DNA of 64,000 bases from Clostridia bacterium (GTDB taxonomy: Bacteria; Bacillota; Clostridia; UMGS1810), in assembly GCA_045586905.1 (NCBI GenBank), contig JAZNBF010000014.1:15834-79833 (forward strand), in the 5' to 3' direction. A program made the translations under genes and the position numbers. The notes under the pieces are model-generated. The model did no database searches. It saw only the letters and a program-made list of their open reading frames with translations, and was not told the DNA's origin. Shown in pieces: positions 54,060-63,584 of the stretch. Position 1 is the stretch's first letter; every line of letters begins with the position of its first letter.

Positions 54060-54554
54060 TTATCCTATATATGTCAAGAACGATTTTAAGCTTATTATCA
54101 TTCTTTCGACAAAGCCCATGCCTGAGCCTTCCTCAACAAAGGTCTCGGTATAGTCATTTTGCACTACATTGACATACACATTCTGATAGCTTTCAGGTCT
54201 TTGCATGCCAAACTGGGTTTTCGCCTTTGTTTCAACAGCATTAAGGTCAACACCCGATGCGACGTCAAACGAAAGCTGAGCATTACGCATTTTTAAATCT
54301 TCAAGTTCATCCATCGACTGACTGTATGTTGCCGATGCCTGAAGCAGAACCACATTGAGAAACAGGAAAGTCACTGCAACAACAAAAGCTGCGCTGATAG
54401 CCACAATAATTTTCTTTCGGTTGGCAGTTTTTTGCTTTATCTGTTTTTGCGCTTTCTCCTCTTGCTTTTTGCGCATATCGGAGGTGTAGGAATAATATTC
54501 TTCAATTTTATAAGCAGATGTGCCTTCGTAATATACGCTAGCCAAACGGTTCAC
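54060..54554 (-). CDS. ftsL: Cell division protein FtsL-like
   Basis: 164 aa with a basic N-region, one TM and a coiled coil (MDELEDLKMRNAQL). It sits in the canonical position between rsmH and the PBP gene. Confidence 0.75.
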   Translation of the reverse strand: MNRLASVYYEGTSAYKIEEYYSYTSDMRKKQEEKAQKQIKQKTANRKKIIVAISAAFVVAVTFLFLNVVLLQASATYSQSMDELEDLKMRNAQLSFDVASGVDLNAVETKAKTQFGMQRPESYQNVYVNVVQNDYTETFVEEGSGMGFVERMIISLKSFLTYIG

Positions 54555-54558
54555 CCCA

Positions 54559-55491
54559 TCATAGTTTCTCTATTATTCTTAATTTTGCACTTTTTGATCT
54601 TTTGTTACAGGCAAGCTCTTCTTCGCTTGGAAGAATGGGCTTCGATGTTATTATTTTGCCACGCGGTTTGTTGCCGCAAACGCAAATCGGAAAATCTTTA
54701 GGGCATGTACACCCTTTTGCAAAAGAAGCAAAAGTTTGCTTCACTATGCGATCTTCGAGAGAATGGAAAGTTATCACACACAATCTGCCACAAGGCCCGA
54801 GCGAATCGAAGAAATCGGAAAGAGCAGTTTTCAGTGGCTCAAGCTCGTTGTTGACTTCAATGCGGATTGCCTGAAAAACTCTCTTGGCAGGATGTGAGCC
54901 CTTTTGACGAAGCTTTTCGGGAATTGCTTTTTTGATGATGTCAACCAGTTCGAGCGTGGTTGATATGGGAGATGTGAGACGGGTTTCGCAAATGAGTTCT
55001 GCCACCCTTTTTGAATATCTTTCTTCTCCGTAAGAATAGAAAATCTCAGTCAGCTTTTCTTTGGAATATGTGTTGACCACATCGTATGCACTGAAAGAAT
55101 CGCTTTTGTTCATGCGCATGTCAAGCGGTGCATCTTCCATATATGAAAAACCTCTCTCGGCACAATCGAGCTGATATGACGAAACGCCTAGGTCAATAAG
55201 CACTCCATCTACCGAAGATATGCCAAGCTCAGAAAGGATATTTTTTATTTCTGTATAGTTTGAATGAACATATGTGACATTTGAAAACGAAGAAAGCCTT
55301 TCACCAGCAGCCTTTAATGCGTCTTTATCTCTGTCGATACCGATGAGTGCGCCACTGCCTGAGAGGCGCGAAGCAATCTCAAAGCTATGCCCACCGCCGC
55401 CCAGAGTAGCGTCAACATATGTGCCGCCACTCTTCAAGGCAAGGCCTTCCACAGCCTCGGTGAGAAGGACAGAAACGTGCTTGAATTGCAT
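54559..55491 (-). CDS. rsmH: 16S rRNA (cytosine1402-N4)-methyltransferase RsmH
   Basis: HVSVLL.E, DATLGGGGHS, ITFHSLEDR. Confidence 0.96.
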   Translation of the reverse strand: MQFKHVSVLLTEAVEGLALKSGGTYVDATLGGGGHSFEIASRLSGSGALIGIDRDKDALKAAGERLSSFSNVTYVHSNYTEIKNILSELGISSVDGVLIDLGVSSYQLDCAERGFSYMEDAPLDMRMNKSDSFSAYDVVNTYSKEKLTEIFYSYGEERYSKRVAELICETRLTSPISTTLELVDIIKKAIPEKLRQKGSHPAKRVFQAIRIEVNNELEPLKTALSDFFDSLGPCGRLCVITFHSLEDRIVKQTFASFAKGCTCPKDFPICVCGNKPRGKIITSKPILPSEEELACNKRSKSAKLRIIEKL

Positions 55492-55543
55492 GGACGATTC
55501 TCCCCTTTTGTAAGGATTGTATGTAAGAAAATGAAAAAGTCTG

Positions 55544-55975
55544 TTAAATCATGATGCCGAGTTCACAAAGATTTTCGGCGAGCTCATCTGTGTCGATAGA
55601 GCTGATGTGGCTGTTCCACTCGTCGCTGCTCCATATTTCGAGCTTGTTACCGTTGCCGATGATTGTGATGTCTTTGGAAAGCTTTGCAGCCTCTTTCAGC
55701 GGCTGAGGAATTAAAACTCTGCCCTGCTTGTCTGTTTCACATTCAACTGCACTGGCAAGAAAGAATCTTGAAAAGTTACGCGAGTTTTTGTTGGAAAGAG
55801 GAAGTGTGCTCAATTTTTCGTAGAACTTCTGCCATTCATCAGGGGCATAAACGAGGAGATTGTTATCGAGTCCTCTTGTGATAACAAAGCTATCACCAAG
55901 AGCAGCTCTGAATTTAGCAGGCATAATAACTCTGCCTTTTACATCTAAGGTGTGCTGATATTCTCCACTAAACAA
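55544..55975 (-). CDS. mraZ: Transcriptional regulator MraZ
   Basis: LFSGEYQHTLDVKGRVIMPAKFR... contains two SpoVT/AbrB-like halves. I propose TTG 55975 as the start (SD GGAAGTGAG, 4 nt spacer). The track ATG 56029 would place the MraZ boxes inside the ORF. Confidence 0.88.
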   Translation of the reverse strand: MFSGEYQHTLDVKGRVIMPAKFRAALGDSFVITRGLDNNLLVYAPDEWQKFYEKLSTLPLSNKNSRNFSRFFLASAVECETDKQGRVLIPQPLKEAAKLSKDITIIGNGNKLEIWSSDEWNSHISSIDTDELAENLCELGIMI

Positions 55976-56014
55976 AAAACTCACTTCCTTTCTTATGGAA
56001 ACCAACGGAAAATT

Positions 56015-56050
56015 ACCACTATTTACCATTTGGCACCACTTTCTACCACT
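56015..56050 (-). promoter_or_regulatory. MraZ operator: four GTGGT-type boxes with 10-bp phasing
   Basis: Minus strand reads AGTGGTagaa AGTGGTgcca AATGGTaaat AGTGGTaatt. It lies immediately downstream of the -10 of the dcw promoter. Confidence 0.65.
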
Positions 56051-56058
56051 TTTCTATG

Positions 56059-56087
56059 ATTATAAACTATTTTTTGGGATTTTGCAA
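56059..56087 (-). promoter_or_regulatory. SigmaA promoter of the dcw cluster (Pmra)
   Basis: Minus strand reads TTGCAA (56087-56082), a 17-nt spacer, then TATAAT (56064-56059). Confidence 0.65.
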
Positions 56088-56096
56088 TAGATTTTC

Positions 56097-56135
56097 AAAA
56101 AAAAAAGCCCGTTTTTCGTCAATAACGGGCTTTTT
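56097..56135. terminator. Bidirectional intrinsic terminator (second of two after the SBP gene)
   Basis: A10-AGCCCGTT-tttcgtcaat-AACGGGCT-T5. Confidence 0.7.
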
Positions 56136-56147
56136 AGAAAATTTCGT

Positions 56148-56187
56148 TAAAAATGCACAAAACTCGTTTTGGGTTTTGTGCATTTTT
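56148..56187. terminator. Bidirectional intrinsic terminator (first after the SBP gene)
   Basis: AAAAA-ATGCACAAAAC-tcgttttgg-GTTTTGTGCAT-TTTT. Confidence 0.7.
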
Positions 56188-56270
56188 ACCTGCTTGCGTT
56201 TTTTGTTTTTATGATTATGTTTCATCTTTTTATTTTATGAAATCATTTTTTGCGGGAATTGATTTGAAAA

Positions 56271-57830
56271 TCAATTTTTCTTTTCAAAATACAAATCCTC
56301 AAATCCATAATACAGATTTGACAAATTCGGAGTGAGACTACCACTTACTCTTTTTGAAACATATACCTCACCTCTGGTGAAATACAAAGAAATCTGAAAT
56401 GCGTTTTCAGCATAGTACTTTTTAAAGTTTTCCAAAGCTACAAGTCTGTTTTCCTTGCCCGACATGCGATTGAGATTGGACACAAGTGTAGCAAGCTCGG
56501 TTGTGGCAAAGGAACACACATTTTCGCTGCTTCTGCTCTCTCCAAACATAAACTCGAGATTGGACGCATTGTCGATGTTAACCTCTCCGATGTAGAGGTC
56601 ATATTCACAACTTGCAACCTTGCCGAGATACACCTCAAAGGGTTGCGGATTGAGTACTGTTTTATAGCCTGCTATGTCGAACTGCTGTTTCAAAGAAAGC
56701 GCAAGTCTTTTTTTTGTTTTGCTGTCGGAATTATAAAGAAGGACCAGCTCCGAAGGTTTTTCTGTAACTTTCTCATCATCTTTGGATGGTACATCTTCAG
56801 GTTCGTCGCCTTCTGTTTCGGACGGTTTTTCGTCGAAATAAACTCCGTCTCTCACCGGGAATTTTGCGGGAGTGGCACGCCCGAGCATTATGTCTTCACA
56901 CAGCTTGTCACGGTTTACCACAGATACAAAATCTGCACGTTCCTCCTTTGTATCGAAAGCTGCAACAGCAGTGTTCAAACCAATGAAGGTGAGTCTGTTC
57001 TGAGGTGTGTCAAACACGTTATAGAGATTGGAAATGAGACTAAGTTCGGCAGGGTTTTTCCACGAAAGAGCAAATATGTCGGTTGTGCCTGCATCGAATG
57101 CGGAAATTACAGTTTCCTCGTCGGACAGGATTTCTATGTCTATCTTGTCGATGTGAGGTCTTTTCTTTGGATTGTGCCATGATTTGTTGGCTTTGAGATA
57201 GATGTTCTTGTGCTCGGCGATGCTGTCATAGACATACATGCCCGTGCCAACGGGGACAAAATCAGCTGACGGTGTGACAAATGCATCATATTCAAGACCG
57301 GATGGCAAAATGGGGAAATCGAGCACGTTTACAAAATCGGCAACAGGTCTTTTGAGATTTATAATCACGGTGTCGGCAGAAGGAGCATCAAGCGAGGCAA
57401 TTGCATCTGTAACAGCAGTATAGCGACCTCCATAGTTCGAAATATAGGAAAGAGTGGCCACCACATCTTCTGACGAAAACATTTTGCCGCTATGGAACTT
57501 AACTCCGCCTTTAAGCTTTATGGTGTAGGTTGTGTTGTCTCCGGATGCCACATACTCCGATGCCAGAACAGGTTTTGCACTGAGGTCGGGCATGGTGACA
57601 AAAAGACCTTCGTACACAAGTGAAAGAAAATCGGCAATTGATGAGTGAGAGGTCACGAGGGGATTGAGAGTGTCGATGGGAACGGTGCCCATTTTTATGG
57701 TGCCACCGTTTTTATGAGAATCAGATGATGAACCTTCGTTTGAGACACTCGCTGTTTTGTTTGTGGAACAAGAACACAAAAAGACGACCAAAAACAAGAT
57801 GAGAGAGATTATTCTTATTCTTTTGCTCAT
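56271..57830 (-). CDS. Family-5 (peptide/nickel-type) ABC substrate-binding lipoprotein, orphan
   Basis: 519 aa with a signal peptide and lipobox (LVVFLCSCS) and an SBP_bac_5-like layout. No permease or ATPase genes lie nearby. Confidence 0.75.
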   Translation of the reverse strand: MSKRIRIISLILFLVVFLCSCSTNKTASVSNEGSSSDSHKNGGTIKMGTVPIDTLNPLVTSHSSIADFLSLVYEGLFVTMPDLSAKPVLASEYVASGDNTTYTIKLKGGVKFHSGKMFSSEDVVATLSYISNYGGRYTAVTDAIASLDAPSADTVIINLKRPVADFVNVLDFPILPSGLEYDAFVTPSADFVPVGTGMYVYDSIAEHKNIYLKANKSWHNPKKRPHIDKIDIEILSDEETVISAFDAGTTDIFALSWKNPAELSLISNLYNVFDTPQNRLTFIGLNTAVAAFDTKEERADFVSVVNRDKLCEDIMLGRATPAKFPVRDGVYFDEKPSETEGDEPEDVPSKDDEKVTEKPSELVLLYNSDSKTKKRLALSLKQQFDIAGYKTVLNPQPFEVYLGKVASCEYDLYIGEVNIDNASNLEFMFGESRSSENVCSFATTELATLVSNLNRMSGKENRLVALENFKKYYAENAFQISLYFTRGEVYVSKRVSGSLTPNLSNLYYGFEDLYFEKKN

Positions 57831-57846
57831 ATTTCATCTATCCTTT

Positions 57847-58620
57847 TTAAACAACATTGATTCTTTTGATTTTTGTACAGAGATTGGTGTTTTCATCTAT
57901 TGTAAACACAGCACCGCAAAGCGCAGCTCTGGAGTATGCATATTCAAATTTTTGTGAATAACCTTTTATAAACCTCGAAAGAATTATCTCTTTCTTTACG
58001 CCAAGCACAGAGTCGAGAGCACCCGTCATGCCAAGATCGGTGATATAGCCCATTCCCGATGGGGTAACTGTTTCATCGGCTGTCTGAACATGGGTGTGGG
58101 TGCCAAAAAGAACAGCAGCACGGGAGTCGAGGTGATATTTCATGGCAAGCTTTTCACTTGTGGCTTCGGCATGAAAATCAACAACAAAAAAGTCGCACTT
58201 GTCTTTTAAAGCCTCCATCTCACGATTTACTGCTTCAAACGGGCAATCGAGTGAAATGCCTATGTCCACTCTGCCCATTATATTTATTATACCGATTTTT
58301 TTGCCCTTGACACTCACAACACCGGAGCCTTTGCCGGGATTAGACGCATGAAAATTGGCAGGTCTTATGATGTTTGGCTCATTTTCAAACAGGTTAATCA
58401 CATCTTTTTTGCCATAGGTGTGATTGCCCATGGTGAAAAAGTCGACGCCTGCATCGGTGAGCTCGTCATAGTCGCGAAGGCTTATGCCTGTGCCTGATGC
58501 GTTTTCGGCATTTGCTATGCAAAAATCTATGTCTTCCTGCTCACGAATGCCGCGAAGAACAAGAGAAGTATGTTCTATGCCGCACTGCGCAAAAATGTCA
58601 CCTATTGCCAATATATTCAC
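57847..58620 (-). CDS. ymdB: YmdB-family metallophosphoesterase (2',3'-cyclic-nucleotide phosphodiesterase)
   Basis: MNILAIGDI..., GNHT and GTHTHV motifs. It lies directly downstream of rny, as in B. subtilis. GTG start after AAGGAG. Confidence 0.9.
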   Translation of the reverse strand: MNILAIGDIFAQCGIEHTSLVLRGIREQEDIDFCIANAENASGTGISLRDYDELTDAGVDFFTMGNHTYGKKDVINLFENEPNIIRPANFHASNPGKGSGVVSVKGKKIGIINIMGRVDIGISLDCPFEAVNREMEALKDKCDFFVVDFHAEATSEKLAMKYHLDSRAAVLFGTHTHVQTADETVTPSGMGYITDLGMTGALDSVLGVKKEIILSRFIKGYSQKFEYAYSRAALCGAVFTIDENTNLCTKIKRINVV

Positions 58621-58658
58621 CGTTTATGCTCCTTTACCTTTTTTCTGATAACAGAGAA

Positions 58659-58678
58659 GCGGGCTATGAAGCCCGCTC
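58659..58678 (-). terminator. GC-rich hairpin between rny and ymdB (attenuator/processing site candidate)
   Basis: AGCGGGCT-atga-AGCCCGCT with no U-tract. Confidence 0.35.
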
Positions 58679-58712
58679 CTTCTAAGCAAATAAATAATCT
58701 GCTCAAGTCTTA

Positions 58713-60263
58713 TTATTTAGCATAATCAACAGAACGAGTTTCCCTTATAACATTTACTTTGATTTGTCCGGGATATTCAAGCTCGTTTTCAATTTTCTTA
58801 ACGATGTCACGTGCAATGAGGATTGTGTCTTCATCTTTGACATCTTCAGGTTTAACCATGATTCTGACTTCTCTGCCTGCCTGAATAGCAAATGATTTTT
58901 CTACTCCGTCAAATGAATTTGCAATTTCTTCAAGCTTTTCGAGACGTTTTATGTATGTTTCAAGATTTTCTCTTCTTGCACCGGGTCTTGCTGCGCTGAT
59001 GGCATCACAAGCCTGTACTATGCAAGCGATAACTGTTTGTGCTTCAACATCACCGTGGTGCGATGCAATTGCATGAATAACATCATTGGACTCACGGTAT
59101 TTTTTGGCGAGATCTACACCGATATCAACATGGGAACCTTCGATTTCATGATCGACAGATTTACCTATGTCGTGGAGAAGGCCGGCTCTTTTTGCAACCT
59201 TAACATCGACACCAAGTTCGGCTGCCATAATGCCTGCAAGGTGAGCCACTTCGGTGGAATGTTTGAGCACATTCTGACCATAGCTTGTGCGGTAACGCAT
59301 TCTTCCCAAGAGTTTAACAAGCTCGGGATGCAAACCGTGTACCCCCGTTTCGAAGGTGGCCTGTTCGCCCTCCTGTTTGATGATGGCTTCGATTTCTTTT
59401 TTGGATTTTTCGACGGTTTCTTCAATCCTTGCCGGATGAATTCGTCCGTCGGAGATGAGTTTTTCAAGAGACATTCTTGCTATTTCTCTCTTGATCGGAT
59501 CAAATCCTGACAATACAACTGCTTCGGGAGTATCGTCAATAATTAAATCTATACCGGTTAATGTTTCGAGGGTTCTGATGTTTCTGCCCTCTCTGCCGAT
59601 AATTCGTCCTTTCATTTCATCATTTGGCAAAGCTACAACCGATACGGTTGTTTCAGCCACATGATCGGCAGCGCACTTCTGAATTGCTGCGCTGATAATG
59701 TTTCTTGCTTTTTTGTCGGCTTCTTCTTTGGCCTGAGCTTCAAGGTCTTTGACCATGATTGCTGTTTCATGCCTGATTTCTGCTTCGACATTTTTGAGAA
59801 GGAAAGATTTTGCTTCTTCTACGGACAGTCCGGAGATTCTCTCTAAAATTTCGAGCTGCGCACTTTTTACCTTGGCAGCTTCTTCGTTGAGAGCTTCGGC
59901 TTCTTTTATCTTTTTATTGAGAATTTCGTCTTTTTTCTCAAGCGCTTCTGACTTTTTATCAAGAGACTCTTCCTTTTGCTGGATTCGTCTTTCCTGGCGA
60001 CTTATCTCGCTGCGTCTTTCTTTGAGTTCTCTTTCGAATTCATTTCTGTTTTTGTGAATTTCGTCTTTTGCTTCAATTAAAGCTTCTTTCTTTTTGGTTT
60101 CGGCGGTTTTTTTGGCTTCGGCAATTATAGCATTAGCCTTTTTTTCTGCTCCGCCGATTTTAGCTTCAGCTATCTTTTTTCTATAAACAAAACCGATTGC
60201 AAAACCGACAATGATTGCTAAGGCAGCTGAAACTATCGTGATTATTAAGTCCATCTGTATCAA
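58713..60263 (-). CDS. rny: Ribonuclease Y
   Basis: 516 aa with an N-terminal TM, a long coiled coil, a KH domain ([12 protein letters not shown]) and an HD domain ([10 protein letters not shown]...LLHDIGK). Confidence 0.97.
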   Translation of the reverse strand: MIQMDLIITIVSAALAIIVGFAIGFVYRKKIAEAKIGGAEKKANAIIAEAKKTAETKKKEALIEAKDEIHKNRNEFERELKERRSEISRQERRIQQKEESLDKKSEALEKKDEILNKKIKEAEALNEEAAKVKSAQLEILERISGLSVEEAKSFLLKNVEAEIRHETAIMVKDLEAQAKEEADKKARNIISAAIQKCAADHVAETTVSVVALPNDEMKGRIIGREGRNIRTLETLTGIDLIIDDTPEAVVLSGFDPIKREIARMSLEKLISDGRIHPARIEETVEKSKKEIEAIIKQEGEQATFETGVHGLHPELVKLLGRMRYRTSYGQNVLKHSTEVAHLAGIMAAELGVDVKVAKRAGLLHDIGKSVDHEIEGSHVDIGVDLAKKYRESNDVIHAIASHHGDVEAQTVIACIVQACDAISAARPGARRENLETYIKRLEKLEEIANSFDGVEKSFAIQAGREVRIMVKPEDVKDEDTILIARDIVKKIENELEYPGQIKVNVIRETRSVDYAK

Positions 60264-60443
60264 CTCCTTTCTATATTAACTTTTCAAACTTCAGGTGCAA
60301 AATGCACCTTCAAACACACAGATATAAAAAGAGATTGCACGACTCCCCTTATATCAAAAATCTAAAACATACATACATATATATTCTATAACAAAACAAT
60401 TTACATGTCAATACAAAATTTAATGGAACAAAGAAAACTATTA

Positions 60444-60480
60444 CAAAACAAAAACCGCATAATGAAAATTCACTATGCGG
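60444..60480 (-). terminator. Rho-independent terminator after the MBL-fold gene
   Basis: Minus strand reads CCGCATA-gtgaattttcat-TATGCGG-TTTTTGTTTTG. Confidence 0.65.
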
Positions 60481-60485
60481 AGTTT

Positions 60486-61265
60486 TTATAAAATTGTTAT
60501 CCCGTCTTTTTGTGCCACTTTCAGAATTACATCTTTTCCAACTGTAAAACCGTTTGAACCGAGCATGTCACTGACTGTGTTGTAGGCTAATGACGGAGTG
60601 TTGTTCTTATCGCTGAGATGGCCGAGCATAATTTTCTTTGTGCCCCATATTGCCAGTTGAGTTGCAAGCCAGGCGCATTTGTCATTGGAAAGATGGCCTT
60701 TGTCTGATAAAATCCTTTTCTTTAAAAGATAAGGATAAGGACCTGATTTCAGCATGCCGACATCGTGATTTGCCTCTATGAGCACAGCTTCACAGTTTGA
60801 AAGAGCTGAAAGCAGTGGTTTGGTAATCGTGCCCGTATCGGTGGCTATGCCATATTTTTTGCCTTCCGATTCGATAACATAACCAACAGGAGCCAGAGAG
60901 TCATGAGATGTAGGGAAAGCTTTTATTCTCATGGAACCGACAGAAAACTCCACACCCTCGCACACAGTGTGCAATGCAGTGGCAGCATGTGGCGCATTTG
61001 CCGCTATGAGCCTGAGCACAGGAGCATTTGCATATACACCGGTGCAATACTTTTTGCACAAAAAGTTGACTCCTGAAGTATGGTCACTGTGCTCATGTGT
61101 TATGAGCACTGCATCTACTTCGGAAGGATCGGTGTTTATTTCCGAAAGAGCATTTTTTATTCTGGTCATACTGACACCGGCATCGACAAGGATTTTTGTG
61201 TCATCATTGGCAACGAGAATACAATTGCCCGAGCTTGAGCTGAATAAGGTGATGAGATTAGTCAT
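60486..61265 (-). CDS. MBL-fold metallo-hydrolase (YycJ/WalJ-like)
   Basis: HxHxDH motif (ITHEHSDHTSG), 259 aa. It overlaps the murA end by 8 nt. Confidence 0.85.
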   Translation of the reverse strand: MTNLITLFSSSSGNCILVANDDTKILVDAGVSMTRIKNALSEINTDPSEVDAVLITHEHSDHTSGVNFLCKKYCTGVYANAPVLRLIAANAPHAATALHTVCEGVEFSVGSMRIKAFPTSHDSLAPVGYVIESEGKKYGIATDTGTITKPLLSALSNCEAVLIEANHDVGMLKSGPYPYLLKKRILSDKGHLSNDKCAWLATQLAIWGTKKIMLGHLSDKNNTPSLAYNTVSDMLGSNGFTVGKDVILKVAQKDGITIL

Positions 61266-62517
61266 CTATACGTTTAATTTCTGCACCGAGACCTGCAAGC
61301 TTGTCTATTATGTGCTCGTAGCCCCTGTCGATGTGACGGAGCTCACAAATCTTAGACTCGCCTTTGCATGCAAGGGCTGCAATTACCATAGCGGCGCCTG
61401 CTCTGAGGTCTGTTGCACGGACTTCAGCCGGTGAAAAAGGCTTGCCGCCTTCGACTATCGCAGATGAACCGTCGACACAAATCTCGGCCCCCATCTTTTT
61501 AAGCTCGGTTATGTATTGGAATCGTGAATCCCAGACACTTTCAGTTACAGTGCTTTGACCGTCTACCGTTGACAAAAGCACAACCATCTGAGGCTGCATG
61601 TCGGTCGGGAAGCCGGGATAAGGCAAAGTTTTGAGTTTTATGGGACGAAGTTCGGAGCCTGATGCATCGATTCTTATATCTTCATCGTGTTCTTCAACCT
61701 TTACCCCCATTTCCACAAATTTGGCAGTTATGCAGTCGAGGTGCTTGGGTATGATATTTTTAATAAGGACATTGCCCCTTGTGGCAACAGCAGCTACCAT
61801 GTAGGTGCCTGCTTCTATCTGGTCGGGAATGATGGAATATGTGCCACCCGAAAGAGCTTCGACACCAACTATTTTGATCACGTCGGTACCTGCTCCACGT
61901 ATGTTTGCTCCCATTGAATTTAAAAAGTTGGCAAGGTCAACTACATGAGGTTCCTTTGCGCAGTTTTCAAGCACAGTTTTGCCGGGAGCAAGAGTTGCCG
62001 CTAAGATAGCGTTGATGGTAGCGCCAACGCTGACAACATCAAAATAGACATTGCCGCCGGAGAGAGAGGTTGCATCTATATTAACAAAAGTGTCGTCAAT
62101 ATCGACTTTGCATCCCAGATTTTCAAAGCTCTTGAGATGCTGGTCTATGGGACGGGTGTCGAAATTGCAGCCACCCGGAGGCGGAACATGGGCTTCGTCA
62201 CATCTGCCTATGAGCGCACCCATAAGGTAGTATGATGCACGCATCTTTGCCGCAAACTCAGGTTCCACAGTGCAGGTGGACAGACAGCTTGCGTCTATAA
62301 CGACAGTGTTATAGTCGGGTTTGGAAACATCTGCGCCCAAAGCCCTTATTATATTAAGAATGCTATCGACATCGCTTATGTCGGGAACATTTTCTATTAC
62401 ACATTTGCCTTCCACTAAAATTGTGGCAGGGATTATAGCCACAGCGGCATTTTTGGCACCACTGATATGCACCTCTCCGTGCAAGGGTTTGCCACCGTTT
62501 ATCAGAAATTTATCCAC
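61258..62517 (-). CDS. murA: UDP-N-acetylglucosamine 1-carboxyvinyltransferase MurA (second copy)
   Basis: 419 aa (ISGAKNAAVAIIPA, PPGGCNFDTRPIDQHL, HIDRGYEHI). Confidence 0.93.
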   Translation of the reverse strand: MDKFLINGGKPLHGEVHISGAKNAAVAIIPATILVEGKCVIENVPDISDVDSILNIIRALGADVSKPDYNTVVIDASCLSTCTVEPEFAAKMRASYYLMGALIGRCDEAHVPPPGGCNFDTRPIDQHLKSFENLGCKVDIDDTFVNIDATSLSGGNVYFDVVSVGATINAILAATLAPGKTVLENCAKEPHVVDLANFLNSMGANIRGAGTDVIKIVGVEALSGGTYSIIPDQIEAGTYMVAAVATRGNVLIKNIIPKHLDCITAKFVEMGVKVEEHDEDIRIDASGSELRPIKLKTLPYPGFPTDMQPQMVVLLSTVDGQSTVTESVWDSRFQYITELKKMGAEICVDGSSAIVEGGKPFSPAEVRATDLRAGAAMVIAALACKGESKICELRHIDRGYEHIIDKLAGLGAEIKRIDD

Positions 62518-62562
62518 TTTTGAGCCCCCTTGAAATTTGGTATCTGACTATTTTATATCAGG

Positions 62563-63291
62563 TCAGGCTTCTTCCCAGTTGTGATAAATATTCTGTACGT
62601 CGTCGTTGTCTTCTAAGTGTTCAATGAGTTTTTCCATCATGAGAATGTCGTGCTCATCGGAGAGAGTGATGGTATTTTGAGGAATCATCTCAAGTTCTGC
62701 CGAAGCAAAAGCATAACCCTTTGCCTCAAGAGCATCTCTTACATCTCTGAAAGTGTCGGGCGATGTGGAAATTTCGTAGAATTCATCCTCGGAGGCAAAA
62801 TCGTCGGCACCTGCATCAAGAGCATCCATGGTGAGTTCGTCTTCATCGACGGAGTCTGCTTTATTTATGATGATTATACCCTTCTGATCGAACATCCAGG
62901 CAACTGAACCTGATGTGCCGAGATTGCCGCCGAATTTGTCGAAATAGTGGCGGAGATCACCTGCAGTTCTGTTGCGGTTGTCTGTGAGGGTTTCGACAAT
63001 AAAAGCAACACCACTCGGGCCATAGCCTTCGTAGCTGATGTTTTCGTAGTTGTCTATGTTCTGTTCGCCTGCGGCTTTTTTGATAACACGGGCAATATTG
63101 TCGTTTGGCATATTGAAAGAACGAGCTTTGGCAATGGCATCTTTGAGTCTGCCGTTAACTTCAGGATCAGGGCCGCCGGACTTTGCTGCAACAGCGATTT
63201 CTCTGCCCATTTTTGTGAAGATTTTTGCCTTCTGAGCATCGGATTTTTCTTTTTTATGTTTGATATTGTTCCATTTGGAATGGCCTGACAT
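62563..63291 (-). CDS. yebC: YebC/PmpR-family DNA-binding regulator
   Basis: [27 protein letters not shown]... is the diagnostic N-terminus; 242 aa. Confidence 0.95.
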   Translation of the reverse strand: MSGHSKWNNIKHKKEKSDAQKAKIFTKMGREIAVAAKSGGPDPEVNGRLKDAIAKARSFNMPNDNIARVIKKAAGEQNIDNYENISYEGYGPSGVAFIVETLTDNRNRTAGDLRHYFDKFGGNLGTSGSVAWMFDQKGIIIINKADSVDEDELTMDALDAGADDFASEDEFYEISTSPDTFRDVRDALEAKGYAFASAELEMIPQNTITLSDEHDILMMEKLIEHLEDNDDVQNIYHNWEEA

Positions 63292-63404
63292 ATCATAACC
63301 TCCATTTATTCTGATAGTAATATTACATTAAATCACACATCACATATTATAGCTTAAACAGATGTGCCTTGTCAATGGCTTTTGGCGAGAAATAGGTATT
63401 TAAA

Positions 63405-63433
63405 ACAAAAAAGCGCCTGCAAAAAGCAGGCAC
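63405..63433 (-). terminator. Rho-independent terminator after tRNA-Arg
   Basis: Minus strand reads GTGCCTGC-ttttt-GCAGGCGC-TTTTTTG. Confidence 0.7.
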
Positions 63434-63439
63434 CTTAAG

Positions 63440-63513
63440 TACGCTTGATGCGATTCGAACGCACGGCCTTCAGAGTCGGAGTCTGACGCTCTATCCAACT
63501 GAGCTACAAGCGC
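63440..63513 (-). tRNA. tRNA-Arg (anticodon CCG)
   Basis: It folds by hand as follows: acceptor GCGCTTG/CAAGCGT, D arm GCTC-AGTTGGATA-GAGC, anticodon arm TCAGA-CTCCGAC-TCTGA, variable loop AGGCC and T arm GTGCG-TTCGAAT-CGCAT, with discriminator A. It is 74 nt and the CCA end is not encoded. Confidence 0.88.
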
Positions 63514-63584
63514 ATGTATTTTGGGACAAACAACACAGAAGATGCCTCAAACTGATGTTTTTGGCATCTTTTGGCTTGTTGATT

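Noticed and set aside
55976-56029. The N-terminal extension of mraZ (track start ATG 56029). Similar long-ORF extensions occur for sigG (21579), the PBP gene (53981), the oxidoreductase gamma subunit (33820), the ECF sigma gene (39690) and the Gx transporter gene (40304).
   Set aside because: In each case a downstream start has a proper SD and gives the conserved family N-terminus. The extensions overlap upstream genes or regulatory sites.
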